Positions 19,236 through 28,232 of a stretch of 64,000 nucleotides of DNA are shown piece by piece. Each line of letters begins with the position of its first letter. Position 1 is the stretch's first letter. Under the pieces are notes generated by a model. That model was not told the origin of the DNA, did no database searches, and saw only the letters and a program-made list of their open reading frames with translations. Made by a program: the position numbers and the translations under genes. This DNA comes from an uncultured Chitinophagales bacterium (GTDB taxonomy: Bacteria > Bacteroidota > Rhodothermia > Balneolales > CAYWCV01): contig CAZVRJ010000008.1 in the NCBI GenBank assembly GCA_964629885.1, forward strand, positions 4,524 to 68,523, read 5' to 3'.

Positions 19236-20213
19236 ATGGACGTAGAGGTGATACTTGCTGGGGCGGAACGCTTTGACGAATGGGATGCCTTCGTCGAATC
19301 CCACCCCCAAGGCACCATCTACCACAAAGCGACCTGGTTGCTCGCAGGACCCCACCCGAACACCGGCCTGATTATAGCGCGTGACCAAGCGGATACTCCC
19401 CTTGGTGGCTTCGCGTTCGCAGTAAACACCCGTAATGGGCTCCGTCGCATTCTGAAGCCGGCCCTGACTGCCCGTTTTGGTCCACTCGTTGCCCCTCACC
19501 TGTCGGACGCCGAAAAAAGCCTCGTGCTGGACAAACTGCTGGCAGCTCTGCCGGCGCACGACCTCATCGGACTCTCAAGCACCGACATCCACGATTCCCT
19601 CCTGCTGAAATCAGTGCTCGGTGCATCAGAACGTCGTTACCCAACAAATTTCAAGACATTACCCGACACGCCCGACGAGCTTCTAGCTAGCTATCAAAGC
19701 AACATCCGCCGTAATATCCGGAATGCGCTCAACGAGGGTGGACGCTTTGTGGAGGAGTCTGATCCCGACCTAGCCTATGAGCTCTTCGTGGGAGCGTATC
19801 AAACAAGAGGGGATGCGCCGCGGTTCTCGAAAGAGTACTTTTCTGAGGTGATAGATCACCTTTCGCTGTTCGGAAATGTGACGTTGCCGGGTGTGAGCGA
19901 CCAAAACGGGATGCTCGTGGCCTCGCTGCTGTTGTTCTACGATAGCAAGCGGGCTTTTTACGTGGTGTCGGGTACCGACCGCGAGGCACTGAACGGTAAT
20001 GCGGGCGCCCTTTTGGTGCATTTTGCGCTCCGATTCGCCCAAGACCGAAACTTACTTTTCGATTTCAACGGGTCGAGTATTACCGGAATCAACGGATTTT
20101 TCGAGAAGTTCGGTCCCGATCCTGCTGAGGTGGTGCATCTGCGGAGTGCGAGGACCATCAAGGGGAAAATGGCGCTGTTGTATGAGTCCGTTACAGGGCG
20201 GCACGTCATCTGA
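19236..20213 (+). CDS. FemAB-like / Acetyltransf_6 (GNAT-fold) family protein
   Basis: 325 aa. The N-terminus (WDAFVESHPQGTIYHKATW) and the C-terminal GNAGALLVHFALRFA...FDFNGS resemble FemX/BioF2-like acyl/aminoacyl transferases. Confidence 0.6.
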   Translation: MDVEVILAGAERFDEWDAFVESHPQGTIYHKATWLLAGPHPNTGLIIARDQADTPLGGFAFAVNTRNGLRRILKPALTARFGPLVAPHLSDAEKSLVLDKLLAALPAHDLIGLSSTDIHDSLLLKSVLGASERRYPTNFKTLPDTPDELLASYQSNIRRNIRNALNEGGRFVEESDPDLAYELFVGAYQTRGDAPRFSKEYFSEVIDHLSLFGNVTLPGVSDQNGMLVASLLLFYDSKRAFYVVSGTDREALNGNAGALLVHFALRFAQDRNLLFDFNGSSITGINGFFEKFGPDPAEVVHLRSARTIKGKMALLYESVTGRHVI

Positions 20214-20289
20214 TTTGACTGGTAGGCTGAGATTTCGCACCGACTAAGTGTCGGATTCGCTATCTTTAGGCAAAAATTTACCCTTCTGC

Positions 20290-21549
20290 ATGGCACAGTT
20301 TACGACACACACAGGGATGGTCGACATCCTTCCCGGCGAATCGGAGAAATGGCAATATCTCGAGGGATTAGTACGCGAGGTGGCCCGTAGGTTTCATTTC
20401 AGGGAGATTCGTACGCCGATCATGGAACCCACCGAAATGATCGCACGGGGTGTGGGGCAACTCACCGACATTGTCTCGAAAGAGATGTTTGCGTTCGATC
20501 GTGGCGACGACCATTACGTGCTGCGTCCAGAAGGAACGGCATCTGTTTGCCGCGCGTACATCCAACATCGATTAGATCAACGTGGCGGTGCGCAGCGTCT
20601 GTTTTACATCGGACCCATGTTCAGGGCTGAGCGTCCACAGAAAGGGCGCCAACGTCAGTTCCATCAGTTTGGAGCCGAAATTCTTGGGAGTGCCGATCCC
20701 TTGGCCGATGCCGAGGTAATCGCCTTCATGGCGGAAGTGTACCGACTTGCCGGCATTGCGAACACGACACTTCGCATCAATTCGGTGGGCGACCCTGAGA
20801 GCCGCCAATCGTACAGAGAGGCGCTGATCGCATATTTCAAGCCATTTGAAGCGCAATTGAGCGAGGTATCGCGCACAAGATTGCAGAACAATCCGATGCG
20901 TATCCTCGACTCGAAGGAACCCGAAGATCAGGCATTGGTATCAGATGCGCCCAGCATCATCGATTATTTGAATCAGGATTGCTTGGACCACTACGGCAAG
21001 GTGAAGCAGCACCTCGAGTCGCTGGGAATATCGTACGTGGAGGACCACCGACTCGTTCGTGGACTCGATTACTATACAAAAACGGCATTCGAGCTAACGA
21101 GTCCAGACCTTGGGTCTCAAGATGCCTTGGGTGGCGGCGGCAGGTACGATTTGCTGGTCGAGGAGCTTGGTGGTCAGCCAACCCCGGCGGTGGGGTTTGC
21201 CTCGGGCATGGAGCGGTTCATGATAGCCTGTGAGGCGTTGGAAATCGGGTTGGGAAGCGAACCAAAGGCGGATGTCTACATTGCTTGCCACGGTGAGAAA
21301 GCCCGTTTTTGGGCGGTTACGAAAGCCCAGGAGCTGCGAAATGCCGGTATCAGTACTTTGTACGATACCAGCGGTCGTTCGGTGAAAGCTCAGATGAAAG
21401 AGGCCAACCGTGAAGGGGCAAAATGGACCATCGTCGTGGGCGAAAGCGAGCTCGAGAAGGGAGAATTTGTCCTCCGCAACATGCAAGCCAGCGAAGAGCA
21501 ATCCTTGCCATTTTCTAGCATTAAGTCAATAGTCGTCCCCTCAACTTAA
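20290..21549 (+). CDS. hisS: Histidine--tRNA ligase
   Basis: Class II aaRS motifs (YIGPMFRAERPQKGRQRQFHQFGAE; GGGRYD). ATG 20290 is preferred over GTG 20248. Confidence 0.9.
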   Translation: MAQFTTHTGMVDILPGESEKWQYLEGLVREVARRFHFREIRTPIMEPTEMIARGVGQLTDIVSKEMFAFDRGDDHYVLRPEGTASVCRAYIQHRLDQRGGAQRLFYIGPMFRAERPQKGRQRQFHQFGAEILGSADPLADAEVIAFMAEVYRLAGIANTTLRINSVGDPESRQSYREALIAYFKPFEAQLSEVSRTRLQNNPMRILDSKEPEDQALVSDAPSIIDYLNQDCLDHYGKVKQHLESLGISYVEDHRLVRGLDYYTKTAFELTSPDLGSQDALGGGGRYDLLVEELGGQPTPAVGFASGMERFMIACEALEIGLGSEPKADVYIACHGEKARFWAVTKAQELRNAGISTLYDTSGRSVKAQMKEANREGAKWTIVVGESELEKGEFVLRNMQASEEQSLPFSSIKSIVVPST

Positions 21550-21552
21550 AGA

Positions 21553-21615
21553 CTCTTACTCCTGCTCTTGTTCCTGTTCCTGTTCCTATCCTTCTTCTTT
21601 CTTCTTTCTTCTTTC
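21553..21615. repeat. Polypyrimidine repeat tract: hexamers (CTCTTA CTCCTG CTCTTG TTCCTG TTCCTG TTCCTA TCCTTC) then (CTTCTTT)3
   Basis: Read directly. Only 6 purines occur in 63 nt. The hexamers are the complement orientation of the CAAGAG/CAGGAA units. Confidence 0.9.
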
Positions 21616-21651
21616 AAAAAAGCCCCGAGAGGATTCCCCCGGGGCTTTTTT
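21616..21651. terminator. Bidirectional rho-independent terminator between hisS and the TonB receptor
   Basis: AAAAAAGCCCCG-AGAGGATTCCC-CGGGGCTTTTTT: a GC stem flanked by an A-run and a T-run. Confidence 0.8.
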
Positions 21652-21673
21652 ATTGCGTCTCTCTTAGGGACGA

Positions 21674-24451
21674 TTAAAAGGAGACAGACACGCCGCCGAC
21701 AGCGAACAGGCCGATATCTGGGGTACCTACAAACTGTGGTTTCTTGTTATTCGTCATGTTGTTGACAGTAACTGAACCGCGTACACCTTTGGTGAACTGG
21801 TAGCCCATGTTAACGTCAAGGCTATGGTAGGAATCCAGATTTCCAAACGAGCCATCTGCTCGCTGAGTGGTATAGATACCTGACTGAATTGGGAAGCCAG
21901 CTATGTAACGGAGCCTCACACCCATATCAAAACCGACCTCACGATTGTTGTAGTTACCTCCAATTGTGAACTTATTTTGTGGGGCGTTCAGAAATATGTT
22001 CAGATCCGGATTGCCATCAAGTTCGAGCCACTTGTCTCTGCTCACATATGAATAATTACCCATGAGTGAAACCTTGTCGTTAACGAGATAGTTGAACCCG
22101 AGATCGACACCGTAATATGTGATTTCACCAAAGTTACGGTAAGTCAAGATCACAGCATCACGGCTGAAAGCTTCTGTCGGTGTTACAACACCCAGTGGAA
22201 GTCCACCAAGCGATGTGCCAACATTTGTGCCAATTGCCTGTGCTGTAGCCTGTGCTTGAGCTAATGGCATGCCTTGCGACATTAGTACGTTCGTAAAGAA
22301 CTGTGTAAGGTATTGTGCCATATTCTGGCCACTCATGAACACATTAGGTGTTTCAACGATAAGAGGACCAACAAAATCTTCGGCCTTAGTGCGGTATACG
22401 TCGACGCTGAGCAACAGCTTGTCGTTGATGATGCCTTTATAGCCGACCTCAAATGTGTTATATATCGTAGGATTTATCGGGTCGATGTCGAGAACATCGG
22501 CAACAGGGTCAAATGTGCCGGTAGAAGTGTTCAATTTTGCAAGTGCCATTGCAATGGCTGCATAATTACCGCCGGCTGGATTGGCAGACCCGGGAAGTGG
22601 AGCTTGTGCCATCGCCGGTGCCAAACCGGCAGTTTGTGGATTAGATGCCAATGCAGCACCAACTATCTGGCGAATCAAAGCCCATGTTGCTGCATTCTGT
22701 GTATTCAGATTGAATGCCGGAGCAGTTGGGGCAAAATTGGAAACAAATACAGGACGGCCACCATCGCCTCGCTCAAAACTAAAGCCAGTTGATGGCACGC
22801 CTTGTGCACGAACCTCAAGATTATAGAATCCACCGACCGGTATTCTTGCTGCAAGAAGATCCAAGAAGAGTGCATTTGAACTCGGTGTTGAAAACGACCG
22901 ATTGTAGGTGAATCGGAAGTTTTGATTCTCAATCGGACGGTAAACAATCGCGGCCCTTGGTGAGAATTGTGGATCTTCTAACTTTTCATGCTTATCGGCA
23001 CGGAAAGAGAAGAGCAAATCCAAATTATTAGATGCAGAAAATTTGGTTTGCAAATAGCCCCCAATTTCAGTGAATCCGTCCGAGTCTTCGTTTCGACCAT
23101 TGATGGTACCATCGGTTACAGGCGTTGTCACGATGTAATCGCCACCGTATAGAAAATTGAAGCGGCGCCAGTCAGTACTGTGCTGTAGTTGAGTCACGAA
23201 TTGAGTTGACTTATCGATAATTCCTAAACCAGTTGGTATGATATACGTATCGCCAGAGTTAGACATATTCAAAAATGCCTGTGCAAACCAATTCTTGTAG
23301 GTCACTCGTCCTTGGTAGTACGAGTAAGTCCAGTTGACTGCTTGTCCGGCTCCGAGGCCAGTCAAGTCGATATTATTTGCACTGTTCAAGCCTGCGTTGA
23401 AAATAACATCGAGATCATCGGACGGATTAAAATCAACTCTTGCATCAAAACCAAATTTTTCGATGTTGTAATCGCGGATGCCAATTCGCTTACCGATCTG
23501 AGAATTTGGGTCGCCACCCGATGCCAAGTATTGAGCACGTGCGTTTCTTTCCTGCACCAAATATGGGTCATCATCGGCCACCCGATATTCATCGGCCGTC
23601 AAATATGATCCAGAGAGTTTGAGACCAACTTTATTATTGAAGTTGTGAGCTGATCGGAACTGCCCTTTGAGAAAGCTTTGATTTCCACCATATAGACTCA
23701 CTGTAGTACCAGACGATACCAATGGAGATTTTGTCAGGAAGTTTACTACACCAGAGTTAGCATTTGGACCATAGAGAGCGGCGCCTGGTCCTAAAACAAC
23801 TTCGATACTTTCAATATCGTCATTCACAACTGGAATAAAGTGCATCAAGTTTGCTCTTAGCGACGGCACAGTTGCAATACGATTGTCGGTAAGCATCAGC
23901 AATGACCCAGAAAAGATGTTATTAAAGCCTCTAGTTACTACAGTTGATGAGGCAACACCCTGCTGTGCTATGTCGACTGCTGTGCTACCTTTGATAAAAT
24001 CTGCTGGAGTTGTAGTCGAAATATCCTTTATCTGCTGTGCCGAGATCACCTGAATCGATGATGGCGATTCGGTAACTTTTTCGCGGATTTTGGACGCCGA
24101 CACAACAACCGGGTTCAAGCTCATGCCCGGCATGAGTGCAATATTGAGCTCGGTAGCCTGACCGCTCACAATGACGATGTCTGTGATGCGCTGGTCTGTG
24201 AAACCAACATAACTCACCCGAGCATAATATGTACCAGCTAAAAGACCAGTTATCTCAAATCTGCCCTCAACGTTGGTAACGGTCCCTCTTGATACGGAGG
24301 CATCCGTGGAGGACACCAATATGTTCGCGCCAATAAGGGTCTCACCATTACTTGCATCTGTGATTACCCCCTTTAGGGTACCCTGAGCATGCACGGAGCC
24401 GACCAGCAGAAGCGACACAAGGAAAAACGCTTTGTGTATCAATGTCTTCAT
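21674..24451 (-). CDS. TonB-dependent outer-membrane receptor with N-terminal CarboxypepD_reg domain
   Basis: 925 aa. Signal peptide, then GTLKGVITDASNGETLIGANILV (carboxypeptidase-regulatory-like fold), a plug region, and a C-terminal beta-barrel ending in F. Confidence 0.9.
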   Translation of the reverse strand: MKTLIHKAFFLVSLLLVGSVHAQGTLKGVITDASNGETLIGANILVSSTDASVSRGTVTNVEGRFEITGLLAGTYYARVSYVGFTDQRITDIVIVSGQATELNIALMPGMSLNPVVVSASKIREKVTESPSSIQVISAQQIKDISTTTPADFIKGSTAVDIAQQGVASSTVVTRGFNNIFSGSLLMLTDNRIATVPSLRANLMHFIPVVNDDIESIEVVLGPGAALYGPNANSGVVNFLTKSPLVSSGTTVSLYGGNQSFLKGQFRSAHNFNNKVGLKLSGSYLTADEYRVADDDPYLVQERNARAQYLASGGDPNSQIGKRIGIRDYNIEKFGFDARVDFNPSDDLDVIFNAGLNSANNIDLTGLGAGQAVNWTYSYYQGRVTYKNWFAQAFLNMSNSGDTYIIPTGLGIIDKSTQFVTQLQHSTDWRRFNFLYGGDYIVTTPVTDGTINGRNEDSDGFTEIGGYLQTKFSASNNLDLLFSFRADKHEKLEDPQFSPRAAIVYRPIENQNFRFTYNRSFSTPSSNALFLDLLAARIPVGGFYNLEVRAQGVPSTGFSFERGDGGRPVFVSNFAPTAPAFNLNTQNAATWALIRQIVGAALASNPQTAGLAPAMAQAPLPGSANPAGGNYAAIAMALAKLNTSTGTFDPVADVLDIDPINPTIYNTFEVGYKGIINDKLLLSVDVYRTKAEDFVGPLIVETPNVFMSGQNMAQYLTQFFTNVLMSQGMPLAQAQATAQAIGTNVGTSLGGLPLGVVTPTEAFSRDAVILTYRNFGEITYYGVDLGFNYLVNDKVSLMGNYSYVSRDKWLELDGNPDLNIFLNAPQNKFTIGGNYNNREVGFDMGVRLRYIAGFPIQSGIYTTQRADGSFGNLDSYHSLDVNMGYQFTKGVRGSVTVNNMTNNKKPQFVGTPDIGLFAVGGVSVSF

Positions 24452-24845
24452 AGGATTGTATATGGATTAGTTTTTAGCAGCCTTCTAGACCGTAGGAAGC
24501 GCTTACAGCGACAACACATGCGATAATACAAACTAAACCAACAATTGCGAACAGTCTAAAAATAATTTAGACTACGTATAAACAAGCTTCACCACTTATG
24601 GGGAATCAGTTGGACAAAAAACACCTTTGCTCAGCCATAAGCACATAAACTTGTTACTGCTAGGATGAATTGAATTAAACTAAAAGTTTCGATTTATGCG
24701 GATTTTTATAATTTATTAAAAGCGCTTTTTTATTTCATTTGCATTACTTTGTTAAGTTTTTTTGAATAAATATATTACTAAATATTGCTTTTGGCATCTT
24801 TTGTGTTAAATTCACCGACGTACAACAAAATAAACCAAACCTCTC

Positions 24846-26288
24846 ATGTTCAAATATGTCAAGGCGGTCCTGATCATTGTGCTCCTTTTATTGGGCGCTA
24901 GCCTGGTAAATGGAAAGGAAATAACTCATGCGGCCGATTCTTCGGCCGCTTCCTTTTTGGGCAATAGTGATTCTACCTTGGCACTCACAGCAATCGTAGC
25001 AACGGTCAGCCCAGAAGATGGTGGATCGTATGCAACGATGGAAGATTTCAGAGCTAGCAATGCCTACGTGAAATTCGCACTCGACAACGTCTGGATACTA
25101 TTGTCTGCATTTCTGGTGTTCATCATGCACCTTGGTTTCGCTTCCGTCGAGAGCGGATTCATGCCCGCCAAGAACACGGTGAACGTCATCTACAAGAATC
25201 TTTTCATTCTCACCACAGGCATCCTCACGTACGCCATCGTGGGTTTCAGACTCATGTATCCGGGCGACTTCAACATCATCGACGGCGTGTTGGGCTTCCC
25301 CGGTTTTGGAATCGGATTTAAGCCCGATAACCCTACAGCCTTCCTCACTACCGACTATGGGATGGACATGACCATCTGGAGCGATTTCATTTTTCAGGCG
25401 ATGTTCGCCGCTACTGCAGCAACTATTGTGTCTGGGTCGGTAACCGGCAGGATTAAAATGCCATCCTACATGATTTACACTGGACTCCTTGTTGCTTTTT
25501 GTTATCCGATAACAGGCAGCTGGAAGTGGGGTGCCGGTTGGTTAGACACCATGGGCTTCCATGATTTCGCAGGATCTACCCTAGTGCATGCCGTGGGTGG
25601 CGCCGCCGCATTGGTTGGAGCTTGGATGCTGGGTCCCCGGGTTGGCAAATTCACAAACGGGAAAGCCAACGACATCCCCGGCCACAACCTCCCACTGGCA
25701 ACGATTGGGGTCTTACTTTTATGGTTCGGCTGGTTTGGGTTCAACGGAGGCTCGGTTCTGAGTGCCCAACCCGACGCCATAGGACTCGTTTTGGTGAACA
25801 CTGCCCTTGCAGCTGCTGCCGGATCACTTGCGGCGATGGCCGCTGCCACATTCCTCATGCACAAGATGGATCTGGGAATGGCGCTGAATGGTGTTCTTGG
25901 AGGGCTGGTCGGCATCACTGCCGGCGCAGATTTGATCGACCCGGGCAACGCCATCATCATCGGCGCTCTGTCGGGTGCCTTGGTTGTGGCCTCCATCATT
26001 GCGTTAGAGAAAATTGGAATCGACGACCCTGTTAGCGCCATCTCTGTTCACGGTGTATGTGGCATTTGGGGTACTTTGGCTGTTGGAATATTCGCCGATG
26101 TTTCATTGATAACACAGCTTATCGGCACATTTTCAGTTGTCGGATTCACCATCGTGTTTTCGCTCATCACATTCACAGCCATCAAATTGGCCATCGGAAT
26201 ACGGGCCGATCATGATGCAGAAGTATCAGGAATGGATGCCTATTACCATGGACACACGGCATATCCTGATTTCATGACCAAGAATTAA
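24846..26288 (+). CDS. amt: Ammonium transporter (Amt family)
   Basis: 480 aa with Amt signatures (DFAGSTLVHAVGGAAALVGA; LLWFGWFGFNGGS; VHGVCGIWGTLAVGIF) and an N-terminal signal peptide. Confidence 0.9.
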   Translation: MFKYVKAVLIIVLLLLGASLVNGKEITHAADSSAASFLGNSDSTLALTAIVATVSPEDGGSYATMEDFRASNAYVKFALDNVWILLSAFLVFIMHLGFASVESGFMPAKNTVNVIYKNLFILTTGILTYAIVGFRLMYPGDFNIIDGVLGFPGFGIGFKPDNPTAFLTTDYGMDMTIWSDFIFQAMFAATAATIVSGSVTGRIKMPSYMIYTGLLVAFCYPITGSWKWGAGWLDTMGFHDFAGSTLVHAVGGAAALVGAWMLGPRVGKFTNGKANDIPGHNLPLATIGVLLLWFGWFGFNGGSVLSAQPDAIGLVLVNTALAAAAGSLAAMAAATFLMHKMDLGMALNGVLGGLVGITAGADLIDPGNAIIIGALSGALVVASIIALEKIGIDDPVSAISVHGVCGIWGTLAVGIFADVSLITQLIGTFSVVGFTIVFSLITFTAIKLAIGIRADHDAEVSGMDAYYHGHTAYPDFMTKN

Positions 26289-26368
26289 TTAGGACGACAC
26301 GAACGATAAGGTTCATATATTGGCGTCAATTCATTATTCTCCGTGTATCATTGAATTGAGGAGGAATC

Positions 26369-27664
26369 ATGGATCGTCGCCAATTTTTAAACTCGATTGC
26401 ACTGCCTCTGGCTGCCGTGCCCATCGCTGCCACTTTTAAACCAAGCATGGTCGCCGAGCTACTGCCGGAGATTAAGTCATTTAAAGGGTCGCCAGCTGAA
26501 TTGGCGGCCAACGAAGACCTTTGGTTTCGTGTACAACAGGCTTTCACGGTCGACCGCAGCCTCATCAACTTGAATAACGGTGGGGTGAGTCCGTCGCCAT
26601 CTGTCGTTCAGGACGCCATGAAACGGCATCTCGACTATTCTAACTTGGCACCTGTCTATACCATGTGGGGCGTTTTAGGGCCCCAGCGCGAAACCGTTCG
26701 GCAAAGTATAGCCAGAATGCAGGGAGTTGACGCCGAGGAAATCGCCCTAACACGCAATGCCTCCGAGAGTCTTCAAATTCTGCAACTTGGGTTCGATTTG
26801 AAGCCAGGCGATGAGGTCCTCACCACTACGCAAGACTACCCGAGGATGATTACCACGTTTCAGCAACGCGCACGACGCGAGGGCATCGTGCTCAAGCAAT
26901 TCGACATACCTGCGCCTGCCGAAGACGACGATCTCATCGTATCGTTGTTCGAACGGAATATCACACCCAAGACCAAACTCATCTTGGTCAGCCACATGAT
27001 CTTCATGAATGGCAATATTCTCCCGGTCAAACGGGTGACTGAGCTGGGACGCAGGCGTGGGATTCCAGTGGTCGTAGATGGCGCTCACGCATTTTCTCAC
27101 GCTCCGGGAACCATTGCAGAGCTAGATATCGATTATTATGCCTCAAGCCTCCACAAATGGCTGATGGCACCTCACGGAACCGGACTCCTCTATGTGAGAA
27201 AGAACAAGATTGCAGGAGTCTGGCCGATGATGGCAGCACCCGACCATATGGACGCCGATATCCGCAAATTCGAGGAGATCGGAACCCACCCTGCCGCAAA
27301 CTACTTGGCTATTGCCGAAGCGATCACATTTACCGAGGGAATCGGTCAGGATGTGAAGACCGCAAGACTCGTGTGGCTACGCGACCGTTGGGCTAATGAA
27401 CTTACCAAGTTCGACAGGGTGACGATGCGAACCAGCCTTAAGCCTGGACGTGCAGCTGGTTTGGCCACCGTTGATATTGATGGAGTTGAGCCAACTGCCA
27501 TCGTCAATCATTTGTGGAAAAAGCATCGCATGATCGTGGTGGCAATAAACGAACCTTTCACAAAAGGTGTGCGGGTCGCGCCAAACGTATATACTACACC
27601 AGGCGAAATTGATCGCTTTGTAGAGGCTATGACAGATGTGATCAAAAACGGAATAAAAGCCTGA
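26369..27664 (+). CDS. Tat-signal-bearing class V aminotransferase-fold PLP enzyme (cysteine desulfurase / isopenicillin-N epimerase-like)
   Basis: Twin-arginine motif MDRRQFLNSIALPLAA. PLP-lysine context YYASSLHKWLMAPHGTG. A GAGGAGG Shine-Dalgarno sequence lies upstream. Confidence 0.75.
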   Translation: MDRRQFLNSIALPLAAVPIAATFKPSMVAELLPEIKSFKGSPAELAANEDLWFRVQQAFTVDRSLINLNNGGVSPSPSVVQDAMKRHLDYSNLAPVYTMWGVLGPQRETVRQSIARMQGVDAEEIALTRNASESLQILQLGFDLKPGDEVLTTTQDYPRMITTFQQRARREGIVLKQFDIPAPAEDDDLIVSLFERNITPKTKLILVSHMIFMNGNILPVKRVTELGRRRGIPVVVDGAHAFSHAPGTIAELDIDYYASSLHKWLMAPHGTGLLYVRKNKIAGVWPMMAAPDHMDADIRKFEEIGTHPAANYLAIAEAITFTEGIGQDVKTARLVWLRDRWANELTKFDRVTMRTSLKPGRAAGLATVDIDGVEPTAIVNHLWKKHRMIVVAINEPFTKGVRVAPNVYTTPGEIDRFVEAMTDVIKNGIKA

Positions 27665-27745
27665 TCACTTCAATTTCACTACAAATTGAAGCCTTCTTCT
27701 GTTATCTTGGCAGCAAAAATCATTCCATCAAATACAATCGAGTTC

Positions 27746-28222
27746 ATGAAAGCATTCATTTTTAGTGCAGTGATTCTTCTAGCGTCCTGTGCACCTCAGG
27801 CGCCACAAACTCCATCGGCACAAGAGGCTCAAGCTCCATCGAAAGATGTAATTGCATCGCCGGATGCTCCCGAAGCGATCGGCCCTTACTCTCAGGCTAT
27901 CCGGGTTGGCGACACCGTGTGGCTAGCCGGTCAAATTTCGCTCGACCCAGTTACTGGCGGGATGATAACTGGCAGCATTGAGATTGAAACTCGACAGGTT
28001 ATGGCAAACATTGAAGCTGTGCTTGAGGCTGCTGGACTGAAATTAAAAGATGTGGTTCAAACACAAGTCTATCTGACCGATTTGAACGAGTATCAAACGT
28101 TCAACGCGGTGTATGCAGAGTACTTCCCTACCAATCCCCCAGCTCGCGCAGTTGTGCAGGTTTCGCGCCTGCCGCGCGATGCAAAGGTGGAAATTATGAT
28201 GACTGCCCACCGCACTCGCTAA
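27746..28222 (+). CDS. RidA/YjgF-family protein with lipoprotein signal peptide
   Basis: MKAFIFSAVILLASC lipobox. RidA core (APEAIGPYSQAIRVGDTVWLAGQI...PARAVVQVSRLPRDAKVEI). Confidence 0.85.
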   Translation: MKAFIFSAVILLASCAPQAPQTPSAQEAQAPSKDVIASPDAPEAIGPYSQAIRVGDTVWLAGQISLDPVTGGMITGSIEIETRQVMANIEAVLEAAGLKLKDVVQTQVYLTDLNEYQTFNAVYAEYFPTNPPARAVVQVSRLPRDAKVEIMMTAHRTR

Positions 28223-28232
28223 TGAAAACAGG

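Noticed and set aside
24452-24700. Riboswitch (cobalamin or TPP) in the 5' leader of the TonB-dependent receptor
   Set aside because: I read the minus-strand leader looking for a B12 box or the TPP CUGAGA/ACCUGA core and found neither. I cannot run a covariance model, so this remains formally untested.
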